Source: Eledone cirrhosa (Eukaryota). Taken from it: a stretch of DNA of 64,000 nucleotides. Both the position numbers and the translations under genes were made by a program. Of this stretch, positions 16,757-30,968 are shown piece after piece. Each line of letters starts with the position of its first letter. Position 1 is the stretch's first letter. Under the pieces are notes generated by a model. The model did no database searches. It was not told the origin of the DNA and worked only from the letters and a program-made list of their open reading frames with translations. The stretch is from NCBI GenBank assembly GCA_964016885.1, contig OZ024743.1, forward strand, positions 206,522,001 to 206,586,000, written 5' to 3'.

Positions 16757-19206
16757 GGAAGACCACTGTATGAACACCATAGTCATAACTACCGTAAGAC
16801 CACTGTATCAATACCATAGTCATAACTAATGTAAGACCACTGTATAAACACCATAGTCACAACTACTTTAAGACCACTGTATCAACACAATAGTCACAAT
16901 AACTGTAAGAACACTGTATCAACACCACAGTCATAACTACTGTAAGACCACTGTATCAACACCACAGTCACAACTACAGTAAGACCACTGTATCAACACC
17001 ACAGTCACAACTACTGTAAGACCACTGTATCAACACCACAGTCACAACTACTGTAAGACAACTGTATCAACACCACAACCATAACTACTGTAAGACCACT
17101 GTATCAACACCACAGTCATAACTACTCTAACACCACTGTAGCAACACCATAGACACAACTACTGTAAGACCACTGTATAAAAGCCAGAGTCACAACTACT
17201 GTAAGACCACTGTATCAACAACACAGTCACAACTACTCTAAGACCACTGTATCAACACCACAGTCGTAACTACTGTAAGCCCACTGTATCAACAGCATAG
17301 TCATAACTACACTACGACCACCGTATCAAAACCATAGTCACAACTACTGTAAGACCACTGTATCAACACCATATTCATAACACCACTGTATCAACACCAT
17401 AGTCACAACTACTGTAAGACCACTGTATCAACACCATAGTCACAACTATTGTAAGACCACTGTATCAACACCACAGTCACAACTACAGTAAGACCACTGT
17501 ATAAACACCATAGTCACAACTACTGTAAGACCGCTGTATCAACACCATAGTCATAACTAATGTAAGACCACTGTATCAACACCATAGTCACACCTACAGT
17601 AAGACCACTGTATAAACACCACAGTCATAACTACTGTAAGACCACTGTATCAACACCACAGTCACAACTACTGTAAGACCACTGTATCAACACCACAGTC
17701 ACAACTACTGTAAGACCACTGTATCAACACCACAACCACAACTACTGTAAGACCACTGTATCAACACCACAGTCATAACTACTCTAAGACCACTATATCA
17801 ACACCACAGCCATAACTACTGTAAGACCACTGTATCAACACCATAATCACAACCACTGTAATACCACTGTATCAACACTATAGTCACAACTACTGTAAGA
17901 CCACTGTATCAACACTATAGTCACAACTACTGTAAGACCACTGTATCAACACCATAGTCGCAACTACCGTAAGGGCACTGTATCAGCACCACATTCACAA
18001 CTACTGTAAGACCACTGTATCAACACCATAGTGACAACTACTGTAAGACCACTGTATTAACACCATATTCACAACTAGTGTAAGACCACTGTATCAACAC
18101 CATAGTCATAACTACCGTAAGACGACTGTATCAACACCATAGTCATAAGACCACTGTATCAACACCATAGTGACAATTATTGTAAGACCACTGTATCAAC
18201 ACCACAGTCACAACTACAGTAAGACCACTGTATCAACACCATAGTCATAACTATTGTAAGACCACTGTATCAACACCATAGTCACAACTATTGTAAGACC
18301 AATGTATCAACACCACAGTCACAACTACAGTAAGACCACTTTATCAACACCATATTCACAACTACTGTAAGACCACTGTATCAACACCATATTCACAACT
18401 ACTGTAAGACCACTGTATCAACACCATAGTCATAAGACCACTGTATAAACCCCATAGTCACAACTACTGTAAGACCACTGTATCTACACCATATACACAA
18501 CTATAGTAAGAACACTGTATCAACACAACAGTTATAACTACTGTAAGACCACTGTATCAACATCACAGTCACAACTACTGTAAGCCCACTGTATCAACAG
18601 CATAGTCATAACTACTCTAAGACCACCGTATCAAAACCATAGTCACAACTACAGTAAGACCACTGTATCAACACCATAGTCATAACTACCGTAACACCAC
18701 TACATCAACACCATAGTCATAAGACCACTGTATCAACACCATAGTCACAACTAATGTAAGTCCACTGTATCAACACCATAGTCATAACTACGGTAAGACC
18801 GCTGTATCAACACCATAGTCATAAGACCACTGTATCAACACCATTAGTCACAACTACTGTAATACCACTGTATCAACACCATAGTCACAACTACTGTAAG
18901 ACCACTGTATCAACACCATAGTCACAACTATAGTAAGACCAGTGTGTCAGCAGCACGGTCACAAATACTGTAAGACCACTGTATGAACACCATAGACATA
19001 ACTACCGTAAGACCACTGTATCAACACAATAATCCTAAGACCATTGTATCAACACCATAGTTACAACTACTGTAAGACTATTGTATCAACACCATAGTCA
19101 CAATAACTGTAAGAACACTGTATCAACACCACAGTCATAACTACTGTAAGACCACTGTATCAACACCATAGTCATAACTAATGTAAGACCACTGTTTCAA
19201 CACCAT

Positions 19207-19259
19207 AGTCACAACTACTGTAAGACCACTGTATCAGTGGTCTTACAGTAGTTATGAGT
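19207..19259. repeat. Inverted repeat/palindrome copy 6 (GAGT-end type)
   Basis: Right arm 19235-19259. Confidence 0.95.
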
Positions 19260-21414
19260 GTAAGACCACTGTATGAACACCATAGTCATAACTACCGTAA
19301 GACCACTGTATCAATACCATAGTCATAACTAATGTAAGACCACTGTATAAACATCATATTCACAACTACTTTAAGACCACTGTATCAACACCATAGTCAC
19401 AATAACTGTAAGAACACTGTATCAACACCACAGTCATAACTACTGTAAGACCACTGTATCAACACCACAGTCACAACTACAGTAAGACCACTGTATCAAC
19501 ACCACAGTCACAACTATTGTAAGACCACTGTATCAACACCACAGTCACAACTACTGTAAGACAACTGTATCAACACCACAACCATAACTACTGTAAGACC
19601 ACTGTATCAACACCACAGTCATAACTACTCTAACACCACTGTAGCAACACCATAGTCACAACTACTGTAAGACCACTGTATAAAAGCCATAGTCACAACT
19701 ACTGTAAGACCACTGTATCAACAACACAGTCACAACTACTCTAAGACCACTGTATCAACACCACAGTCACAACTACTGTAAGCCCACTGTATCAACAGCA
19801 TAGTCATAACTACTCTACGACCACCGTATCAAAACCATAGTCACAACTACTGTAAGACCACTGTATGAACACCATAGACATAAGACCACTGTATCAACAC
19901 CATAGTCACAACTACTGTAAGACCACTGTATCAACACCATAGTCATAACTACTGTAAGACCACTGTATCAACACCATAGTCATAAGACCACTGTATAAAC
20001 ACCATAGTCACAACTACTGTAGTACCACTGTATCAACACCATAGTCACACCTACTGTAGTACCACTGTATCAACACCATAGTCACAACTACTGTAAGACC
20101 ACTTTATCAACACCACGGTCACAACTACTGTAAGATCACTGTATCAACACCATAGTCATAACTACCGTAAGGCCACTGTATCAACACCATAGTCAAAAGA
20201 CCACTGTATCAACACGATAGTCACAACTACTGTAAGACCACTGTATCAACACCACAGTCACAACTACAGTAAGACCACTGTATAAACACCATAGTCACAA
20301 CGACTGTAAGACCACTGTATCAACACCATAATCATAACTACCGTAAGACCACTGTATCATCACCATAGTCATAACTAATGTAAGACCACTGTATCAACAC
20401 CATAGTCACAATAACTGTAAGAACACTGTATCAACACCACAGTCATAACTACTGTAAGACCACTGTTTCAACACCACAGTCACAACTACTGTAAGACCAG
20501 CGTATCAACACCACAGTCACAACTACTGTAAGACCACTGTATCAACACCACAACCACAACTACTGTAAAACCACTGTATCAACACCATAGTCACAACTAC
20601 TGTAAGACCGCTGTATCAGCACCACAGTCACAACTAGTGTAAGACCACTTTATCAACACCATAGTCACAACTACTGTAAGACCACTGTATCAACACCATA
20701 TTCACAACTACTGTAAGACCACTGTATCAACACCATAGTCATAACTACCGTAAGACCACCTTATCAACACCATAGTCATAAGACCACACTATCAACACCA
20801 TAGTGACAACTACTGTAAGACCACTGTATCAACACCATAGTCATAACTACTGTAAGACCACTCTATGAACACCACAGTCACAACTACAGTAAGACCACTT
20901 TATCAACACCATAGTCCCAACTACTGTAAGACCACTGTATCAACACCATAGTCACAACTACTGTAAGACTACTGTAAGACCACTGTATCAACACCATAGT
21001 CATAAGTCCACTGTATCAACACCATAGTCACAATTACTGTAAGACAACTGTATCTACACCATAGTCACAACTACTGTAAAAACACTGTATCAACACCACA
21101 GCTACAACTACTGTAAGACCACTGTATCAACACCACAGCCACAACTACTGTAAGACCATTGATTCAACACCGTAGTCACAACTACTGTAAGACCATTGTA
21201 TCAACATCACAGTCACAACTACTGTAAGATCACTGTAACAACACCACAGCTACAACTACTGTAAGACCACTGTATCAACACCACAGCCACAATTACTGTA
21301 AGACCATTGATTCAACACCGTAGTCACAACTACTGTAAGACCACTGTATCAACACCACAGTCACAACGTCTGTAAGACCACTGTATCAACACAAAATTCA
21401 CAACTACTGTAAGC

Positions 21415-23975
21415 CTACTGTATCAACACCATAGTCACAACTACTGTAAGACCACTGCATCAACACCATAGTCAGAACGTCTGTAATACCACTGTATCAA
21501 CACCATAGTCACAACTACTGTAAGACCACTGTATAAACACCATAGTCATAACTACTGTAAGACCACTGTATAAAATCCATAGTCACAACTACTGTAAGAC
21601 CACTGTATCAACAATACAGTCACAACTACTCTAAGACCACTGTATCAACACCACAGTCACAACTACTGTAAGACCACTGTATCAACACCATAGTCATAAC
21701 TACCGTAATACCACTGTATCAACACCATAGTCATAAGACCACTGTATCAACACCAGAGTCACAACTACTGTAAGGCCACCGTATCAACACCATAGTCATA
21801 ACTAATTTAAGACCACTGTATCAACACCATAGTCACAACTACTGTAAGACCACTGTATCACCACCATAGTCACAACTACTGTAAAACCACTGTGTCAGCA
21901 CCGCGGTCACAACTACTGTAAGATCACTGTATCAACACCATAGTCATAACTACCGTATGACCACTGTATCAACACCATAGTCATAAGACCACTGTATCAA
22001 CACCATAGTCACAACTACTGTAAGACCACTGTATCAACACCATAGTCATAACTACTGTAAGACCACTGTATCAAGACCATAGTCACAACTATTGTAAGAC
22101 CACTGTATCAACACCACAGTCACAACTACAGTAAGACCACTGTATCAACACCATAGTCACAACTACTGTAAGACCACTGTATGAACACCATAGTCATAAC
22201 TACCGTAAGACCACTGTATCAACACCATAGTCATAAGTAATGTAAGACCACTGTATCAACACCATAGTCACAACTACTGTAAGACAACTGTATCAACACA
22301 ATAGTCACAATAACTGTAAGAACACTGTATCAACACCACAGTCACAACTACCGTAAGAACACTGTATCAACACCACAGTCACAACTACTGTAAGCCCACT
22401 GTATCAACAGCATAGTCATAACTACTCTAAGACCACCGTATCAAAACCATAGTCCCAACTACTGTAAGTCCACTGTATCAACACCATAGTCATAACTAGA
22501 ATAAGACCACTGTATCAACACCATAGTCATAAGACCACTGTATCAACACCATAGTCACAACTACTTTAAGACCACTGTATCAACACCATAGTCATAACTA
22601 CTGTAAGACCACTGTATCAACACCATAGTCATAAGACCACTGTATCAACACCATAGTCACAACTACTGTAATACTACTGTATCAACACCATAGTCACAAC
22701 TACTGTAAGACCACTGCATCAACACCATAGTCAGAACGTCTGTAATACCACTGTATCAACACCATAGTCACAACTACTGTAAGACCACTGTATAAACACC
22801 ATAGTCATAACTACTGTAAGACCACTGTATAAAATCCATAGTCACAACTACTGTAAGACCACTGTATCAACAATACAGTCACAACTACTCTAAGACCACT
22901 GTATCAACACCACAGTCACAACTACTGTAAGACCACTGTATCAACACCATAGTCATAACTACCGTAATACCACTGTATCAACACCATAGTCATAAGACCA
23001 CTGTATCAACACCAGAGTCACAACTACTGTAAGGCCACCGTATCAACACCATAGTCATAACTAATTTAAGACCACTGTATCAACACCATAGTCACAACTA
23101 CTGTAATACCACTGTATCACCACCATAGTCACAACTACTGTAAAACCACTGTGTCAGCACCGCGGTCACAACTACTGTAAGATCACTGTATCAACACCAT
23201 AGTCATAACTACCGTATGACCACTGTATCAACACCATAGTCATAAGACCACTGTATCAACACCATAGTCACAATTACTGTAAGACCACTGTATCAACACC
23301 ATAGTCATAACTACTGTAAGACCACTGTATCAAGACCATAGTCACAACTATTGTAAGACCACTGTATCAACACCACAGTCACAACTACAGTAAGACCACT
23401 GTATCAACACCATAGTCACAACTACTGTAAGACCACTGTATGAACACCATAGTCATAACTACCGTAAGACCACTGTATCAACACCATAGTCATAAGTAAT
23501 GTAAGACCACTGTATCAACACCATAGTCACAACTACTGTAAGACAACTGTATCAACACAATAGTCACAATAACTGTAAGAACACTGTATCAACACCACAG
23601 TCACAACTACCGTAAGAACACTGTATCAACACCACAGTCACAACTACTGTAAGCCCACTGTATCAACAGCATAGTCATAACTACTCTAAGACCACCGTAT
23701 CAAAACCATAGTCACAACTACTGTAAGTCCACTGTATCAACACCATAGTCATAACTAGAATAAGACCACTGTATCAACACCATAGTCATAAGACCACTGT
23801 ATCAACACCATAGTCACAACTACTTTAAGACCACTGTATCAACACCATAGTCATAACTACTGTAAGACCACTGTATCAACACCATAGTCATAAGACCACT
23901 GTATCAACACCATAGTCACAACTACTGTAATACTACTGTATCAACACCATAGTCACAACTACTGTAAGACCACTG
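21415..23975 (+). repeat. 1259-bp tandem duplication (starts ~21415 / ~22674); related further copy at ~27140-29760
   Basis: CCGCGG at 21901/23160 and TAGAATAAG at 22497/23756 (offset 1259); the same markers recur at 27399 and 27958. Confidence 0.88.
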
Positions 23976-26900
23976 TATCAACACCACAGTCACAACTACA
24001 GTAAGACCACTGTATAAACACCATAGTCACAACTACTGTAAGACCACAGTATGAACACCATAGTCATAACTACCGTAAGACCACTGTATCATCACCATAG
24101 TCATAACTAATGTAAGACCACTGTATCAACACCATAGTCACAATAACTGTAAGAACACTGTATCAACACCACAGTCATAACTACTGTAAGACCACTGTAT
24201 CAACACCACAGTCACAACTACTGTAAGACCACTGTATCAACACCACAGTCACAACTACTGTAAGACCACTGTATCAACACCATAGTCATAACTACCTTAA
24301 GACCACTGTATCAACACCATAGTCATAAGACCACTGTATCAACACCATAGTGACAACTACTGTAAGACCACTGTATCAACACCATAGTCATAACTACTGT
24401 AAGACCACTGTATCAACATCATAGTCACAATTATTGTAAGACCACTGTATGAACACCACAGTCACAACTACAGTAAGACCACTTTATCAACACCATAGTC
24501 ACAACTACTGTAAGACCACTGTATCAACACCATAGTCATAAGACCACTGTATCAACACCATAGTCACAAATACTGTAAGACAACTGTATCTACACCATAG
24601 TCACAACTACTGTAAGGACACTGTATCAACACCACAGTTATAACTACTGTAACACCATTGTATCAACATCACAGTCACAACTACTGTAAGATCACTGTAT
24701 CAACACCACAGCCACAACTACTGTAAGATCACTGTATCAACACCACAGCCACAACTACTGCAAGACCACTGATTCAACAACGTAGTCACAACTACTGTAA
24801 GACCACTGTATCAACACCACAGTCACAACGTCTGTAAGACCACTGTATCAACACAAAATTCACAACTACTGTAAGCCTACTGTATCAACACCATAGTCAC
24901 AACTACTGTAAGACCACTGCATCAACACCATAGTCACAACGTCTGTAATACCACTGTATCAACACCATAGTCACAACTACTGTAAGACCACTGTATAAAC
25001 ACCATAGTCATAACTACCGTAAGACCTCTGTATCAACACCATAGTCAGAAGACCACTGTATCAACACCATAGTCACAACTACTGTAAGACCACTGTATCA
25101 AAAACACAGTCACAACTACTCTAAGACCACTGTATCAACACCACAGTCACAACTACTGTAAGCCCACTGTATCAACAGCATAGTCATAACTACTCTAAGA
25201 CCACCGTATCAAAACCATAGTCACAACTACTGTAAGACCACTGTATCAACACCATAGTCATAAGACCACTGTATCAACACCATAGTCACAACTACTTTAA
25301 GACCACTGTATCAACACCATAGTCATAACTACTGTAAGGCCACTGTATCAACACCATAGTCATAAGACCACTGTATCAACACCATAGTCACAACTACTGT
25401 AATACCACTGTATCAACACCATAGTCACAACTACTGTAACACCACTGTATCAACACCACAGTCACAACTACAGTAAGACCACTGTATAAACAGCATAGTC
25501 ACAACTACTGTAAGACCACTGTATCAACACCATAGTCATAAGACCACTGTATCAACACCATAGTGACAACTACTGTAAGACCACTGTATCAACACCATAG
25601 TCATAACTACTGTAAGACCACTGTATCAACACCATAGTCACAACTATTGTAAGACCACTGTATGAACACCACAGTCACAACTACAGTAAGACCACTTTAT
25701 CAACACCATAGTCACACCTACTGTAAGACCACTGTATCAACACCATAGTCATAAGACCACTGTATCAACACCATAGTCACAACTACTGTAAGACAACTGT
25801 ATCTACACCATAGTCACAACTACTGTAAGAACACTGTATCAGCACCACAGTTATAACTACTGTAACACCACTGTATCAACATCACAGTCACAACTACTGT
25901 AAGATCACTGTATCAACACCACAGCAGAACAACTGTAAGACCACTGTATCAACACCACAGCCAAAACGACTGTAAGACCACTGATTCAACACCGTAGTCA
26001 CAACTACTGTAAGACCACTGTATCAACACCACAGTCACAACGTCTGTAATACCACTGTATCAACACCATAGTCACAACTACTGTAAGACCACTGTATAAA
26101 CACCATAGTCATAACTTCCGTAAGACCACTGTATCAACACCACAGTCATAACTACTGTAAGACCACTGTATAAAATCCATAGTCACAACTACTGTAAGAC
26201 CACTGTATCAACAATACAGTCACAACTACTGTAAGACCACTGTATCAACACCATAGTCATAACTACCGTAATACCACTGTATCAACACCATAGTCATAAG
26301 ACCACTGTATGAACACCATAGTCACAACTACTGTAAGACCATTGTATCAACACCATAGTCATAACTACTGTAAGACCACTGTATCAACACCATAGTCATA
26401 AGACCACTGTATCAACACCATAGTCACAACTACTGTAATACCACTGTATCAACACCATAGTCACAACTACTTTAAGACCACTGTATCAACACCATAGTCA
26501 TAACTACCGTAAGACCACTGTATCAACACCATAGTCATAAGACCACTGTATCAACACCATAGTCACAACTACTGTAAGACCACTGTATCAACACCATAGT
26601 CATAACTACTGTAAGAACACTGTATCAACACCATAGTCACAACTATTGTAAGACCACTGTATCAACACCACAGTCATAACTACAGTAAGACCACTGTATA
26701 AACACCATAGTCACAACTACTGTAAGACCACTGTATGAACACCATAGTCATAACTACCGTAAGACCACTGTATCAACACCATAGTCATAACTAATGTAAG
26801 ACCACTGTATCAACACCATAGTCACAACTACAGTAAGACCACTGTATAAACACCACAATCATAACTACTGTAAGACCACTGTATCAACACCACAGTCACA

Positions 26901-29900
26901 ACTACTGTAAAACCACTGTATCAACTCCACAGTCACAACTACTGCAAGACCACTGTATCAACACCACAACCACAACTACTGTAAGACCACTGTATCAACA
27001 CCACAGTCATAACTACTCTAAGACCATTGTATGAACACCACAGCCACAACTACTGTAAGACCACTGTATCAACACCATAATCACAACTACTGTAATACCA
27101 CTGTATCAACACCATAATCACAACTACTGTAATACCACTGTATCAACACCACAGTCACAACTACTGTAAGACCACTGTATCAACACCATAGTCATAACTA
27201 CCGTAATACCACTGTATCAACACCATAGTCATAAGACCACTGTATCAACACCATAGTCACAACTACTGTAAGACCACCGTATCAACACCATAGTCATAAC
27301 TACTTTAAGACCACTGTATCAACACCATAGTCACAACTACTGTAAGACCACTGTATCACCACCATAGTCACAACTACTGTAAAACCACTGTGTCAGCACC
27401 GCGGTCACAACTACTGTAAGATCACTTTATCAACACCATAGTCATAACTACCGTATGACCACTGTATCAACACCATAGTCATAAGACCACTGTATCAACA
27501 CCATAGTCACAACTACTGTAAGACCACTGTATCAAGACCATAGTCACAACTATTGTAAGACCACTGTATCAACACCACAGTCACAACTGCAGTAAGACCA
27601 CTGTATCAACACCATAGTCACAACTACTGTAAGACCACTGTATGAACACCATAGTCATAACTACCGTAAGACCACTGTATCAACACCATAGTCATAAGTA
27701 ATGTAAGACCACTGTATCAACACCATAGTCACAACTACTGTAAGACAACTGTATCAACACAATAGTCACAATAACTGTAAGAACACTGTATCAACACCAC
27801 AGTCACAACTACCGTAAGAACACTGTATCAACACCACAGTCACAACTACTGTAAGCCCACTGTATCAACAGCATAGTCATAACTACTCTAAGACCACCGT
27901 ATCAAAACCATAGTCACAACTACTGTAAGTCCACTGTATCAACACCATAGTCATAACTAGAATAAGACCACTGTATCAACACCATAGTCATAAGACCACT
28001 GTATCAACACCATAGTCACAACTACTTTAAGACCACTGTATCAACACCATAGTCATAACTACTGTAAGACCACTGTATCAACACCATAGTCATAAGACCA
28101 CTGTATCAACACCATAGTCACAACTACTGTAATACTACTGTATCAACACCATAGTCACAACCACTGTAAGACCACTGTATCAACACCACAGTCACAACTA
28201 CAGTAAGACCACTGTATAAACACCATAATCACAACTACTGTAAGACCACAGTATGAACACCATAGTCATAACTACCGTAAGACCACTGTATCATCACCAT
28301 AGTCATAACTAATGTAAGACCACTGTATCAACACCATAGTCACAATAACTGTAAGAACACTGTATCAACACCACAGTCATAACTACTGTAAGACCACTGT
28401 ATCAACACCACAGTCACAACTACTGTAAGACCACTGTATCAACACCACAGTCACAACTACTGTAAGACCACTGTATCAACAACATATTCACAACTCCTGT
28501 AAGACCACTGTATCAACACCATAGTCATAACTACCGTAAGACCACTGTATCAACACCATAGTCATAAGACCACTGTATCAACACCATAGTGACAACTACT
28601 GTAAGACCACTGTATCAACACCATTGTCATAACTACTGTAAGACCACTGTATCAACACCATAGTCACAATTATTGTAAGACCACTGTATGGACACCACAG
28701 TCACAACTACAGTAAGACCACTTTATCAACACCATAGTCACAACTACTGTAAGACCACTGTATCAACACCATAGTCATAAGACCACTGTATCAACACCAT
28801 AGTCACAACTACTGTAAGACAACTGTATCTACACCATAGTCACAACTACTGTAAGGACACTGTATCAACACCACAGTTATAACTACTGTAACACCATTGT
28901 ATCAACATCACAGTCACAACTACTGTAAGATCACTGTATCAACACCACAGCCACAACTACTGTAAGACCACTGTATCAACACCACAGCCACAACTACTGA
29001 AAGATCACTGTATCAACACCACAGCCACAACTACTGCAAGACCACTGATTCAACACCGTAGTCACAACTACTGTAAGACCGCTGTATCAACACCACAGTC
29101 ACAACGTCTGTAAGACCACTGTATCAACACAAAATTCACAACTACTGTAAGCCTACTGTATCAACACCATAGTCACAACTACTGTGAGACCACTGCATCA
29201 ACACCATAGTCACAACGTCTGTAATACCACTGTATCAACACCATAGTCACAACTACTGTAAGACCACTGTATAAACACCATAGTCATAACTACCGTAAGA
29301 CCTCTGTATCAACACCATAGTCAGAAGACCACTGTATCAACACCATAGTCACAACTACTGTAAGACCACTGTATCAAAAACACAGTCACAACTACTCTAA
29401 GACCACTGTATCAACACCACAGTCACAACTACTGTAAGCCCACTGTATCAACAGCATAGTCATAACTACTCTAAGACCACCGTATCAAAACCATAGTCAC
29501 AACTACTGTAAGACCACTGTATCAACACCATAGTCATAAGACCACTGTATCAACACCATAGTCACAACTACTTTAAGACCACTGTATCAACACCATAGTC
29601 ATAACTACTGTAAGGCCACTGTATCAACACCATAGTCATAAGACCACTGTATCAACACCATATTCACAACTACTGTAATACCACTGTATCAACACCATAG
29701 TCACAACTACTGTAACACCACTGTATCAACACCACAGTCACAACTACAGTAAGACCACTGTATAAACAACATAGTCACAACTACTGTAAGACCACTGTAT
29801 GAACACCATAGTCATAACTACCGTAAGACCACTGTATCATCACCATAGTCATAACTACTGTAAGACCACTTTATAAAATCCATAGTCACAACTACTGTAA

Positions 29901-30968
29901 GACCACTGTATCAACACCATAGTCACAACGTCTGTAATACCACTATATCAACACCATAGTCACAACTACTGTAAGACCACTGTATAAACACCATAGTCAT
30001 AACTTCCGTAAGACCACTGTATCAACACCATAGTCATAACTACTGTAAGACCACTTTATAAAATCCATAGTCACAACTACTGTAAGACCACTGTATCAAC
30101 AATACAGTCACAACTACTGTAAGACCACTGTATCAACACCATAGTCATAACTACCGTAATACCACTGTATCAACACCATAGTCATAAGACCACTGTATGA
30201 ACAGCATAGTCACAACTACTGTAAGACCACTGTATGAACACCATAGTCATAACTACCGTAAGACCACTGTATCATCACCATAGTCATAACTAATGTAAGA
30301 CCACTGTATCAACACCATAGTCACAATAACTGTAAGAACACTGTATCAACACCACAGTCATAACTACTGTAAGACCACTGTATCAACACGACAGTCACAA
30401 CTACTGTAAGACCACTGTATCAACACCACAGTCACAACTACTGAAAGACCACTGTATCAACACCACAACCACAACTACTGTAAGACCATTGTATCAACAC
30501 CATAGTCACAACTACTGTAAGACCACTGTATCAGCACCACAGTCACAACCACTGTAAGACCACTGTATCAACACCACAGTCACAACTACAGTAAGACCAC
30601 TTTATCAACACCATAGTCACAACTACTGTAAAACCACTATATCAACACCATATTCACAACTCCTGTAAGACCACTGTATCAACACCATAGTCATAAGACC
30701 ACTGTATCAACACCATAGTGACAACTACTGTAAGACCACTGTATCAACACCATAGTCATAACTAGTGTAAGACCACTGTATCAACACCATAGTCACAACT
30801 ATTGTAAGACCACTGTATGAACACCACAGTCATAACTACAGTAAGACCACTTTATCAACACCATAGTCACAACTACTGTAAGACCACTGTATCAACACCA
30901 TAGTCATAAGACCACTGTATCAACACCATAGTCACAACTACTGTAAGACAACTGTATCTACACCATAG

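Larger units (their letters stand above)
14342..17743 (+). repeat. 1701-bp tandem duplication (14342-16042 / 16043-17743)
   Basis: TCTACACC...TAATCCC at 14359/16060 and palindromes at 15003/16704 give an offset of 1701. AAAAGCCAGAG and ACACTACGACC also occur in both copies. Confidence 0.88.
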
